From: Bigelowiella natans CCMP2755
Taxonomy: Eukaryota; Protista; Cercozoa
Length of the DNA stretch: 64,000 nucleotides
Assembly (NCBI GenBank): GCA_000320545.1
Contig: ADNK01003027.1
Coordinates: forward strand, 1-64,000
Direction: 5' to 3'
The translations under genes and the position numbers were made by a program. The first letter of the stretch is position 1, and every line of letters starts with the position of its first letter. The notes beneath the pieces were generated by a model. That model made no database searches, was not told the origin of the DNA, and worked only from the letters and a program-made list of their open reading frames with translations. Shown here piece by piece: positions 1-13,866 of this stretch.

Positions 1-51
<51 letters not shown>

Positions 52-119
52 TCTCTCTCTCACTCTCTCTCTCTCTCTCTCTCTCGCTCGCTCGCTAGAT
101 ATATAAATAAAAAAAAAAT

Positions 120-150
<31 letters not shown>

Positions 151-162
151 ATATATAAATAA

Positions 163-237
<75 letters not shown>

Positions 238-240
238 TTA
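1..240. repeat. (TC)n / poly-A / (TA)n compound microsatellite
   Basis: Directly visible at the window start. Confidence 0.95.
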
Positions 241-572
241 TATATATTGTATATAAATATTGTATATAAATATTATTTTTATATCAGTGGAGTATCTCAA
301 TTGTTTCCAATTTTCGGATCATATCAAGAACGAGGTAGGTAGCTTGTGGAAAAGGATGAATAATAATAGGTTGATGGTGTTGCTCTTCGTGATGTGGTGA
401 GAGAAATCAATTCATATCAAGTAGAGAAATGGGGATTTATGGCTGCTGTAGAGTAGTCTGTTTTTAGGTGTTTTGTTTTTGCTTTAATAATGAGTTTTTA
501 GTCGAATGACTATTGTCTTGAGCAGCAGCTGTAGTTGTGTGTAGTAGTTGTAGCAAGAGCAGGATCATAAGT

Positions 573-1309
573 ATGAATGGTTATGATGTTTCTCCTACTG
601 CCCGACATTATCAGAACGTTCCTGGAATCATTGTATTGCACGATAAGTGGGGCATTACTCCTGACATAATTCACTGTGCTCGATTCTTGAAGTCACATGG
701 ATACACCGTTTATGTACCTGATCTGTACCGAGGGAAACGACCGTTCAGTCACAAGGATGCAGATGATATGATGCAGCGCTTCGACTTGCAATTGGCTTAC
801 GCTGACATTGATGCTGCTGTGAGATACGTAATGATAATATGTGCATATAGTCGTATTTATGAGGAGGAGATTTGTAGTAGTAGTAGTAGAAGAAGAAGTA
901 GCATCATTGTTGATGTCAGATGTTGTTTATTTAGCCTATAAGACCTAGCTAGATGTAGTAATATGCCATGCTACCTGAATCACCCTATATGAGCATCCAT
1001 CCTATCTATTCATCACATCATCATCATCTTCGTTATCACTATCACCCTCTACTACTACTATCGTGGTCATCATAAATGATGTATATATTATTACCTCTGG
1101 TACTACTACTACCACTACTATCAGATGAGAATCAACAGTCCTTTCCGTAGCGTTGGATGTTTAGGGGTGGGCACGCTTGGGACACATATAGCTCTTGCTG
1201 CACATGCAGAATTTCGTCGTCCCGACGAGAATTTTGACGGTAGTAATAATAATCGGTAGTGGTTGATAGTTGTAATAGATATCAGAATCATGACAATGGA
1301 GCAATAGAT

Positions 1310-1373
<64 letters not shown>

Positions 1374-1680
1374 GAAGAGAGAGAGTAATTGGCACTTCTA
1401 GTACTAGAGTAGTATTACTGAGTTGATGCTACTACTACTACTACTACTACTAGGCCTTGTTGTCGTTGGATGCGGTGCCCCAATGGGGTCAAAAGCCTCC
1501 TCTGAGTCGTGGAGAGTACATCGTATCAAGTACCCCCTGCAATGCCATTTCTCCCAAACAGATTCTCTCTTCAACCATCACGATCAAATATACCAGAAAT
1601 CTCGCAATTATCTTGCTCAAAGACATGCAAAAATAAGGAGCGGGGGAAGGAGGAAGAGGAGAACCCATAATCATCTTAGC

Positions 1681-1718
<38 letters not shown>

Positions 1719-1904
1719 CAGCAGCAGCAGCAGCTCATCAAATAGCTTGCTGATGGAACGAAGAAGGCAATTTGAACAGTACTTGGATAAGCATCATACA
1801 GGATCATCATCAAATAAGGACAATGCAGATCTCTACGTGTATCCAGGTAGCTAGAGTAGGCCAATGATGATGATGATGATGATGATGAGGATGAGGAGTG
1901 CGAT

Positions 1905-1937
<33 letters not shown>

Positions 1938-2446
1938 TATATTGCCCCAAACATGTGTAGTCAGTGAACAACAACCAATAATGTCATCATCGATCTCCTT
2001 CTTCTTCTTCTTCTTCTTCTTCTTCTTCTTCGTCTATCTGTTGTTCTCTCCCCTCCCCCAGAAACAGACTATGGTTTCTTGCAGGCAGGTGCATGGTACG
2101 CGAAGAACAGAGGTACTACTAGTAGTAGTAGTAGTGGCAACACTGATAGTAAAAAGTAGTCAAAACTGATCGGTTATAATGGACAAAGACTCGCTCAAAG
2201 TACTGTTTGCAGCTGCATCATCATCATCGTCATCACGACTATTATTATTATTATTATTATTATTATTATCATTATTATTTTATTAGAAATGTTGGGCCTG
2301 GAGAACAGCAGCAGCAGCAGCATCAGAAGACTTGTATGGGATAGGATTCTGTCGTTTTTCAGACGTACATGCAAACCTGATGTTGATCTAAGGCCAAAGG
2401 AAGAACACCACCAGAGATATGTATGCACTTAACTATTATATGCGTG

Positions 2447-2478
<32 letters not shown>

Positions 2479-4505
2479 ATATTATGATGTGTAGAAGGAG
2501 GAGGATGAATAATGACTCCTCGATCACTCGTTTTAAAACTTGCTGTTGTTGTTGTTGTTCTTCTTCTTATATGATAAATTGATGATGACGATGACATCCT
2601 CTGAGCAACACCACCATCACCAGCATATACATCACCACATATATCACCACTATATAGAGGGACGAGATGGAACTCACTGTACAAGCTTTAGAGTATGAGG
2701 GTGCTATTCCTCGTATACCGTTCATAAAGGCCAAGGTGCTTCTAGTTCCTTCTCCTCCTCCTTTTACCACTTAATAGCTTTGTAAAAAAAGAAAAGATGA
2801 TGGTGGTGGTAGCTGTCGGTGATATAGTGAGTGATAATATCATCTATCTATCTATCTATCTATCACAGGTAGACCAACTAACGTATGTGGATCCTGATAT
2901 GCCAAGATTGGGCAAAACTGAGAAGAAAGATCTAGAACAAAGAAATATTCTCAAACTGGTATGCACCCCCTCCTCCTCCTCCTCATCATCATCATCATCC
3001 ATCATATGCAGCAGCAGCAGCAGCAGTAGATATTAAATAGGAGAAGCAATCAAACTAACAATATGATGATGAGTTATAGGTAGGTAGGTAGGTAGTAGTA
3101 GTAGTGGAACTAAAACATATGATGGTGGTGGTGATGGTGATGATGGTGGATGCAAGGGGGGGGGGGCGACAAGAAGCTTCCGACAAGAAGCTTTCTCCTC
3201 TCACCATCATCATCATCATGATATTATTATTATTATCATTGAGATAGTGGTTGTTACTCACTCACAATGCTTTCTCCTTCCCATCCTTCTTCTTCTCAGA
3301 AAGACACAAACATCGAGGAAAAACTGGCAAGTCTCTACACACTTGGACATGAAAGAGTGTATGGATGATGAGAATGCTGATGCTGCTGCTGCTGATGATG
3401 ATGATGATAGAGAAATGAGTAGTGTCTACTACTTTCTTGTTAGAAGCATCTCCACCACATGCTATTGCTCCTGTGCAGAAGGCTTTAATATTATAATCAC
3501 TGCGAAAGTAGGCTATTATTATAGGAAATCTTATCTGTCATTCATATTATGAGGAGAAACCTACTATTGCTTGTTTGTTTGCCGCTCGAGAAATGAAATA
3601 CTTAATCCTATTGTTATTATATTACTACGTATTATTTTGTTGTAAACGGGATCATTGTATTCGATGCTGATGTATTTACGATATAACCTATCAGATTTAC
3701 CAACATTTTCCAGCGCTTAACCTTGCAAAGATACAGGAAGAAGCGCTTTCGCAAGTCTCTTAGAAGAAAGGAGTATAAACGGGTAGTAGTACTATCTTGA
3801 CAGTACTAGCAGTAGAAGTAACAGTAAAACTATGTTGTCGCAAGCAAGAAGTTATCTACAGAACACGCTCAAAATAATAACGTGACCAACACTGTTAATA
3901 TTTGTGATGATGATGATTCAGGCTAAAAAGGCAAACCCAAAGCTGATAAAATCTAGAAAGATTTATTGGGAAAGTGACGCTGCATTAGAGGAGGCATATG
4001 AGGCTGATCCGGTATGATATTAAGATGCAAATGATGATCATGATGATGATGGTAATGATGCTAATTGCTGTCTGCAGTGATTATTCGACAAGATTAAACC
4101 GATGTTATATCAGGCAGAGACTCTTATGTTTGTTCTCTGAAAAGTTATCTTTATCTAATGTGGTGTTAAAATACAAAACAAATGTTCTTCTCACATATAC
4201 TACTATCAATCCTCTTTATATCCATTCATCAGAATGATCAAGGATATGTCCTTCACCATCCAGACTTTATGGATACAGATATAGCCCCCTCGATCAAGAG
4301 AGTACTCTCTCCATCAACGAGACGTATGTCTAATCGAAAGATCCTGTTTGGTGATGGACTACGACCGTTCACGCATAAACCACTTACAGCTCATGAAAGA
4401 AGACGCCGTGCAAACTTACTTCACGCTGCACGCCCACCTTCCAAAAAACCCAAACGTAAGCTTCCACCTCCCCCGCAGAAGCTGCCAGATAGTCCTTCGA
4501 GGTAG
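573..4505 (+). CDS. Dienelactone hydrolase-fold (alpha/beta hydrolase) protein with long basic C-terminal extension; about 10 exons; probably catalytically inactive
   Basis: Exon 573-827 PGIIVLHDKWGITPDIIHCARFLKSHGYTVYVPDLYRG matches the DLH N-terminus. Exon from ~1125 gives SVGCLGVGTLG at the nucleophile elbow. Exons 1454-1847 and from 2061 give YPLQCHFSQTD...YVYPETDYGF. Further GT-AG exons at ~2363, 2658, 2869, 3300, 3695, 3922 and 4233 lead to TAG at 4503-4505. Start and one internal junction are approximate. Confidence 0.7.
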
Positions 4506-4599
4506 AAGTAGCAAGTATGTGATGCGTGCATTATCCGATGTAAAAATAACAGCATCTATTTCACAGAATTCTGTGTGCACGAAGTTCGTGAATGACTCA

Positions 4600-5850
4600 T
4601 CGCAGCGAAAAGCACATTTGCTAACATTTATTGAGTGCTAATAATAATATACAGCGAGCAGCATCTGGACAACGCTACACTAGAATCGCCCAGTTGCCTG
4701 CATGCTGTGTTCAATGACATGATGCATGCACACATGAGACGGGCTAGCGGGTGGAATGAGGTGATTAAATCTTTTCAATTGCACTGTCATCCTCATGTGT
4801 CTGTGCAATGCTGCGGCTTCAGCGCTTTTGTCATGGCATAGCTACTCATTCATGTCACTGCATGTGTCTCTTTTGTGCATGCAAAAGCATTCATGTCGAT
4901 CACCACATCTAGACATGCATGCTGTGCACATGGCGTGCAGTACGCAATTTTGTTCGGTCATCGTCAAGCGTTTGTTTTTGTCTCGCAAACCCTGTCTAGC
5001 TGTCATGATCGCTTCCAATTGATTGGGCATTCTCAGTTGATGTTGTGCGTGTTCCGGGCAGCTAAGCAAGTCTAGCTAGCTAGAGGTGGGTCAACATCAT
5101 GCATCTTTGATCACTGCTCTAGTGCTGTCATGTGTGACAGTGAGCATCGTCTTCCTCATACCTGGAATCATTGGGCATCATGCACCGCACGCTAGCACGG
5201 TCGGCATGGCGCTATCCAGATTCACATGATGATGCACACAGCAATGTGATGCACATTTGTCATCACATCACGTTGTCCACAATCTCATGCACACATGCAT
5301 AGTTATCACATTGCTAGATTGCCACACATTGATCAAGGTGACAATTGAACAAATTTGATTTGTTCATTGCATCCGTCTCACATGCACATTCACATGCACT
5401 AGCACATCTAGTACACGTGTGTGTGTGTGTGTGTGTGCAACACCAGAAACACCACTGCTCTGCGCTGTGGCCATGCTAGCATGTCTGGATGTTGTTTGAA
5501 TGATCGACAACAAAAAAAAATGAGCACACAGTGATGACAATTCATCACGCACATCCTGACCCCATGCATGTTCATCATGTGCATGCATGCTCATCAGTTA
5601 ATGTCCAGATGTGCATGTTAGGTGCCTAGCTGGAAGGCATAAGCGGCGTGACTCGTGCCATGATTCTCCATTGCTGTTGCCACATGAGCATGCGTGCGAA
5701 CAATGCTACAAGGTCAATGCGTACACGTCAGCCTGTGACGGTCCTCTCAAGAACATGCTTGCGGATGTAGATGACAAAATATAACTAGAATAATGAATAA
5801 CAAATAATGACACATTGCATTACATGCATGTCTATGCTACAACACGCTAG
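4600..5850. mobile_element. Degenerate repeat island 1, TpA-depleted, containing copies of a dispersed ~70-90 bp repeat
   Basis: Dense CATG/TGCA/CTAG and few TA outside CTA/TAG. Repeat copies at 4733-4825(+) and ~5330-5382(-), with another just outside at 5918-5992(-), homologous to 17625-17703(+). Confidence 0.75.
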
Positions 5851-5861
5851 CTGTAATATAT

Positions 5862-5920
<59 letters not shown>

Positions 5921-6258
5921 GCCGCTGCATTGCACAGCTACATTAGGATGACCATTGAAACAATTTAAACATTTCATTACATCCGTCTCATATATTAATG
6001 TGATTAAGAATACATAGAAACTTATTTGTTATAATACGTGTGCACAATATCAGGAATCATTGCGTGTGGTGCTACAAAAAGCTGAAGTGGATAGCATATC
6101 GAATGGCGAGAGTGCTATTTGTTAACAACCTAGAGATCTAAAATTCATCATCCAACCTAAAGACCTAACATTCACCATCCCTGATGATAATTTGCTGTCG
6201 TTGAGACATCAATAATCTTTGTGCCGCAACCCTAATAAACAACTCGTTCCTTCTCTCC

Positions 6259-8135
6259 TCAATCTATTTGAAGAACTATGCCAGATTTTGCTGCAGGGGA
6301 ACGACAACTCTTCGTGTTTTTGATGGCAGCAGCAGCCGCAACGGTAGCAGCATCACCCCCCCCAGAGAAGTATGAGGTGCTTCTTTTAATGTTGGATCCT
6401 ACCTCAGGTTGATTGGCGCTCAGGTTTGGATGTATTCGTGCAAATTCATACCCCTGAGGTCGGTCAGTGGTAGGAATGAAAAGCATTTAAATGGTGTTGA
6501 TGTAAGCATATAATAATAACAACATATATTGATGACAAAGTACAACATGCTGGTATTTGTTTTATAAAATTGTTATCATGCATTAACATAGGTAACATCT
6601 CATCTACAACACTATTCACTATATATTGCATCGGTGGATTGATATGGCACAACACTACTACTACTACTACTACTACTACTAATACTTTAGAAATGAAGGA
6701 CAGTCGTATCTTGTTTTCTTCTTCCTCAGTAAAAGCAAAAGGGTCGTCAGCCTCATCTTTATTATTTTCCTCATTGTTCTTGTTTTTCTCTTGATCTTTT
6801 TCTCCTTCTGCATTGCTGCTCTTGTTCTTATTATTAACAATTCGTAAGCACACAACAGCTCCCCCAGATCCAGAGAACTTAGCCGCCATTCCGAAGTTCT
6901 TGGCCAAGGACACCAGCTCTATATTTCTACACCCCACACACCACAATTTACACAATAACAAATCGTCTTAACATTCGCACAGCACGGGTAGTATCTGAAA
7001 GAAGAAGAAGACATTTCATATTACACACACAAACACTGCCTCACCGTTCCCCTACGACGCCATCCCCATACATTTTCCTCCTTAGAGCAAAGTTTTTTTG
7101 CATTAGCCCTGCTAGATCTTCTGGGGTGTTATCTGCAACAAGGGCCTTCTTGGCCTCATCAGCAAATGATGCAACTTCTTTCATACCATCTACAATCAAC
7201 TTTTCTCCCTTTATCCATCGCTGCTTTGCGGTACTAGAAGAAGAAGAAAAAGAAGAAAAAAGGAGGAGGAAAAAGAAGAATCACATATCCATCAGACACT
7301 ACTCTGACTTACTCTATTATTGTCACTACCATCATGATCATCATCATCACCATCATCATCACCATTACCTGTGCACTTTGCCACTTTCTTCTGCAACAGT
7401 CGTGTTCCAAGCTAAGTACCTTAGAATTAGCATGATGATGGATCATGGGTAGTGAGAAGTGAGGAAAGTGCTTTTGTATGGATCTTCTTGGCTAACAGCT
7501 GCTCCTGATTCATAATGACGATAAGGGATAATATAGTGGTACTTTTCATATTATTATTATTATTACATTGTTGGAAGTAGCTTGGGGTCTATAGGTGTAT
7601 AATCTCCGTGACCCTGAGTCTTTATAAGCTTGGAATCGAAGTTCATGTGCACCAAACCACCGTAAACCTGACATTAGTTTAAGTATTATCTTCAAAAGTA
7701 TATTTGAATTTATGCTGCATCGTATTGATGGCGCTCTGCTCACTTTACCATCATTATATATCGGACAAATATGCAATAAAACAATGGGAAATAGCATCTG
7801 TTTAGATATTCTCACAAAGGCCCAATCTCAACATAGGTTGTAGCTATTTATCATCATCATCATCATTATTATTGGTTATGTTATCATATACAGTAGTAGC
7901 AGTAGATATTGATATACGGCACAACGAATGAACGAAGAAGAAGAGGCGAGATAGGTATTATTTCTAGAAGCAGCACCTGGATTACACGGTCTTGGAGACC
8001 TGCATTGATTCCCAACTCATTTACCTGATTAGATATGAAAAGTGTGTGTGCAGCAAAAAAGTCTAGCAGGCTAGCAGTACCAGTCTACATCAATCTCACT
8101 ATGTGCTATGTTATAATCATAATCACCACCATCAC

Positions 8136-8168
<33 letters not shown>

Positions 8169-8267
8169 ACGACTACTACACCTCTATATCAAGGATCTTC
8201 TGCGGTAGAGCTTCCTTCTTCAGTTTCAAGTCCAATAACGTCAATCCATAGAACCGCATTAGCCCTG

Positions 8268-8301
<34 letters not shown>

Positions 8302-8660
8302 CGGTTGTTGTTGTTGTTGTTGTTGGTGGTGGTGGTGCTGTTGTTGCGAGAACCATAATAAGACTACACTACTACTTCCTTAGATCATCATCACCATCAC
8401 GTTGAAAAAACTCTTCAATTGACTGATAGATCCATTATGGCGTGTGTCACATTGTCATCGATAGTAGGATTTAAGAAGAAGTGTGCTAATAATCTGAATG
8501 ATATACTACCTTTAAATGCTGCGGTGATGATAGCAGAGGACCCAGCCAGACCAACCATACGAGGAATGGTAGTTGAGTAAGACATTGTGAAATTGCCGCT
8601 CACCTCTACCTGCTCAGTGGAGATAATAGCATACACGCACACGCTGCTTTCAAATTGGGG

Positions 8661-8710
<50 letters not shown>

Positions 8711-8846
8711 TTCGTGCAGCAGTACACAAACGCTTATTACATCGGAGAAAATGATGATGATGATGATGATGATGACGACGATGATGATATTATTAAAGTC
8801 CTGTGCAAGTCTGTGATGAGTCATGGATTATCATCAAGTAGTAGTT

Positions 8847-8879
<33 letters not shown>

Positions 8880-9225
8880 CCCCAGCATCCTTGCACAACT
8901 GTTTGAACATTCTGCAGGTAGCCTAATTATGTACAGAAGAAGAAAGAAGAAGATGATGAAAAATCAAGACAGATACGGCCACAAGCACCCAAACACTGAT
9001 TTCACATCCTCATCACCACCACCTTCTCTTCCTCTTACTACTACTACTACTTCTACTACCAAAATACTACTACTATTAGTACTGGTAAGCACCTTGAGCA
9101 ACCTTAGACCCCCGTAGTAGCCATTCTGATCAGTGTGCCCTGCCAAGTGCTCGAGAGAGGAAAAGCTTGAAGGGTCAAATTCTGGATGTGCTACTAGAAC
9201 AAGCCGTCGGCTGTGATGATGAAGA

Positions 9226-9282
<57 letters not shown>

Positions 9283-9623
9283 GGAAGTGGGGAGGATTGA
9301 ATCATTTGCTGCTGGTGCTACTGCTACTGGTAGTGGTGGTGGTTGTATGTGGATTTACCACTACTTTCTTCTACTATTACTTGTTCTACTACTACTACCT
9401 TGGCCTCAACGTGACCTCTGCATGGAAGTTACGAATGGATAACGATAATGTTTTACCACCAAATCCATCGGATGGATTTCCCATCACCCCTTTCACAATA
9501 AAGAAGTAGTAGTAGTAGTAGTAGTAGTAGTGTCATAAAGCAACAAAATCAATGACGCAAAGGAAAGATGATAATAATTACATCTATTTACATAAAATAT
9601 ATATATGTAGTACTAAAAGGTGG

Positions 9624-9668
<45 letters not shown>

Positions 9669-9745
9669 TAGTACCGATCCTAGCACACACTCTTGAAACT
9701 ACTTTGGGTGGAAGCTTATTTAAGTGCTCATCAAGAACCTAAATA

Positions 9746-9794
<49 letters not shown>

Positions 9795-11420
9795 CAGCAG
9801 CAGCAAGTTAGGAGAATATGAAGCATTGCTTTCAACTCAGGACTATATATCAACCATTGCTTTTCACATCAACAACAACTCAGGACTATATATCAACCAT
9901 TGCTTGCAACATCAACAACAACTCAGGACTATATATCAACCATTGCTTTTCACATCAACAACAACTCAGGACTATATATCAACCATTGCTTGCAACATCA
10001 ACAACAACTCAGGACTATATATCAACCATTGCTTGCAACATCAACAACAACTCAGGACTATATATCAACCATTGCTTGCAACATCAACAATATAATAACC
10101 ATGCTAAAGTGAGTGAGTGTTTCCTTCCATTGTGCAAGATCAGCTATATCAAATCTTCCTATAAGGGGTGCCCCTCGAAGTTGAATCTTTTTCTCTTTCA
10201 CCAACCACCCCATCATCCCTCCTGTTTCAACCAAATCGTTGGAATTAATAATAATAATAACAATGATGATAATGATGATAATGATGATAATGCTGAGTGA
10301 GATGGAAGAAATGGGAGCGACAATGGAGGGGTGGGGCTTGTTGGTGCCGCCTCCTTCTATTATCGACTGCATTGATAGAAGATTGAATAGTAGCTGGTAC
10401 GGAGAGAAAACAACAGCAGCAATAATGATAGATAACAGTGATGATGAAGATAGTTGTTAATAGTGTTGATTACCAATGCTGTCAGCATGAGGATTAGTGC
10501 CAGGTGGTGCTTTGCTCTTGTGTTCCTTGTCGTCCTCTTCTCCATTGTAATCGCTACTTGCACCAATTTGTGATCCAAAACTACGAATGTGCTTCAAAAC
10601 CACCTGCTTTCACAGCCGTCATCGTCGTTATTATTATGATTATAGGAGCACCAACATTAACACCAACATCAGCAACGTGCAGAGCAATAATTCTTCCATA
10701 GCTCCATCATACTAACACATCTACTACTATTACTACTACTACTACTACCACTACTTCAGGAAGGACATGACAGACTGAAGAGCTTCATGGATCATGAGGT
10801 ACTCAATAAAACTATGCTACTATTCAACAACTCTTTCATCCTCCTCACCCTTGATCTAAGCGCATAGAATGCAGGGCAAGCAAAACGAGATGTCGTTTGG
10901 TTATGAAGTGGTTTCTCTAGAAGCTTTATGACTAATCCGCTTGATTCCTCAACCTGTAAATATGAGTGAAAGTAATTTAATTACGTGATATATTAAGTGG
11001 TCAGTGATGATGATGATGATGACGGATTTATAGATTGTTTACTACAGGGATAATAATACTAACTACTTGCGATGGTGTTGGTAGTGTATGATTACTGACT
11101 TTAATATTTTATGCATGCATGCTTGTGTGTGTGTGTGTGTGTGTGTGTGTGCCGTCTGTAGAAGAAGTACCACCACCACTTCCACTACCAAGCAGAAGCA
11201 GGGGAAGAGTATTGGTGATAGATTTGATCATTGCTAAGGCGTCATTATCATGTACAGCAGCCATCATCAGGTGGTATTGCTGTTTAGACGACGACTACGG
11301 TAAATAGGCAGAAACACCTCTACAATTCCACGCTTGGACACCTATAGTATTGGTAAGAGTAGTAGTTATTATTATTATTATTAGTAGGAAGTCTTATTCG
11401 TAACATCGTCATCTCATCAC

Positions 11421-11457
<37 letters not shown>

Positions 11458-13409
11458 GTTGTTGTTGTAAAGCACCATCACTACCTCGCTTGGATCCGAG
11501 AGTTTATAGTACACACAACCACACTTCTTCTCGGGGAGGCGCTCAAGAAACGACGTAAGCTCAAAGTCAGATAAAAACAATGTGTCCTACAATTCGTCAA
11601 AGAATAGTAGTAGTAGTAGTAGTAGTAGTAGTTGCATATATTATGTGACGACGATAGTAATATAATGAATGCATGAATGATGATTCATATATGTAGTAGT
11701 AGTAGTAGTAGTAGTAGTAGTATATAATCCTCAAAATGACAAGTAGCATTGCCACCCTATCACCCACCTACACAACGATGTTCCCATCATCGGATTATCA
11801 CATACAATTGGTGCATCTACTAACTGTACTGTACTGTATTGTGTATTAGAACATATCATTGCTTACCCCTGCAACGACAAGAATATCAAAGCCATCTATT
11901 TCCTTCCTGGCATAGGTAGTAATTAATGAAATGATTATATGATCATCAATGGGATGATTATATGGTATGTTGGTCTTACATCTATTAGGACAAAGAAGTA
12001 AGGTAGGTAGTATAGCTGCTGCTTCTTCTTCTTCTTCTTCCACCACTACTTGTCGTTCTACGTGAATAATAACCTTTTCTTCTCAATTACGAGTTTAAGG
12101 TCCCCAACAGCGCCCAGCCGACCCTCATATGTCTTTGTTTCATCATTGATCACATTCTCTAATGATGTATCATAAGTTGTAAGTATGGATATATTGTTGT
12201 CGATGCGAGAATGATGATAACGTGACGTTGTGAGACGACGACATCGGTTGTATTAGTGAAGATGAATACATGATAGATATGGAAATAGTAGTAGTAGTAG
12301 CGTGGCTGATATCCCCATGTTACGAAATTAAAATGAATGCACTTATTTCTCGATCGGTGTTCTACACTCGTCCCAACAATCTCCTAATCTTAGTCACTCC
12401 CCCCTCTCTACCCCTCTCTGTCGCACTCTCTCTTGTTTGTTATATATTGCTATCTCCTGTTGGCAATCCTAAAAACCAGCATCAACCTGTCGCAAAGCCA
12501 TCGACTCCGTTTGCCCATTTAACAAACTTAGGGTACATTAAAGCGTTGGTAACAATATACACCCTCGAAAGATCAACCAGACCCTAAATAGAGAGGAGGA
12601 TAGTGGTGGTGACAGTGGTGGTGGTGGTGTCCATATAATGACGACTAATATTATTATAATATACAACTGTGAGTATTGTGAGGACGATGCAAGTGAGAAG
12701 GAAAGTAAATAATAATAATAGTGCATATCGTCTCTTTGAATCGATGAATCCAGTGATCCAACAGTAATAATAATAATAATATTCATACATACATCAGTCT
12801 CTTTGAATCGATGAATCCAGTGATCCAACAGCGGCTTACCACCAACAGGCAATAGAGCTAAATTATGATGATTTCAATCTCGTGAGAAATTAGTACCCGT
12901 TTAATAAAATGCAAACTTTGTTGCTCACTCACCTTTAGGTTGGCCGACTTATTCGAGAATAATACGTTTCGCATCGTCGTTTCAATGATTATATCACAGT
13001 AACACAATACAAACATTACTTAGCCGGAAAATACGAAGAACATCATAAAGAAAAGTTGTGGGGGACATTATTCTTTGCTTACGTAAGTGAATGAATTGGC
13101 CACTATCATCTGCAATGATGTCTTTGTGTAGCCGACTGCCTATTTGTTGCATGATAGCACGCAACGAATCAGAACAAATGCGGCTCATCGAAAGGTAGTA
13201 AGTAATGGCTGCTAAGGCGGTTGCTATTGCCATTATGGTGCATATATGTACGAACAATTGCGGCAAAACGGACAGCAACGACTAGATATCTTAAGGTTCC
13301 GGACCTCATTTTGGGTGATTGATCAATGGTGTTGTCACTATGTGCTACCATATCCTGCAGCAAGGACGACGACCGCCCATCGCCTGGCTTCTTTTTCTTG
13401 ATCGCTCAT
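6259..13409 (-). CDS. Bifunctional NTP-transferase (UDP-glucuronate pyrophosphorylase-like) / glucuronokinase (GHMP kinase); about 20 exons
   Basis: Spliced N-terminus MSDQEKEARRWAVVVLAAGYGSRLHKDIIADDSGQFIHLLGQPKALLPVGGKPLLDHWIHRF...VYIVTNALMYPKFVKWA...ENVINDE...RLGAVGDL (nucleotidyltransferase signature). Downstream GVMGNPSDGFGGKTLSL, GHMP motif IPRMVGLAGSSAIITA (~8520-8570), GINAGLQDRVIQ (~7975-8010) and AAKFSGSGGAVV (~6850-6890) are glucuronokinase-like. Confidence 0.88.
9834..10091. repeat. 43-bp intronic minisatellite, 6 copies
   Basis: Unit AACTCAGGACTATATATCAACCATTGCTT(TTC/GCA)ACATCAACAAC starts at 9834, 9877, 9920, 9963, 10006 and 10049. Confidence 0.95.
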
Positions 13410-13866
13410 AAAATGCTACTATTGCCTGCTTGAAAAGTGTGAAAATTTGCAGCGTTGGGGCTATTGAAGGATGATAATGATGATGGTGATGATGATAATG
13501 ATGATGATGATGAATGATAGCAAGTCGTGATAGGGTGTATTAACGTACTTACGTGCGTCGGAAGATAGGTCAAAGCAGCAAGGTGTTTATAGTAGTAGTA
13601 TAGTGTTGTTCGACTGCACTGTTTGTACAACAGCACATGGTCACAGTAGGCAGACAGGCAGGCAGAAAGACCTTAGGCGGATGATCTAATCCGAGTAGAG
13701 GTATTGTTAGTAGTAGCGATGTGTGTGTGTGTGTGTGTAGTAGAATCTGATCAAGGTGGTGGTGGTGCTCTCTTTGTTGTAGTTGTTGTTGTTGTTGTTG
13801 TTGTTTCCTGCTCTGTCATAGTATATAAGTATATGTTATCTCAGTGAGATATCACAACAAGCAGCG

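Noticed and set aside
9834-10091. CRISPR array (also 61467-61621 and 62770-63110)
   Set aside because: Head-to-tail repeats without unique spacers, eukaryotic context, no cas genes.
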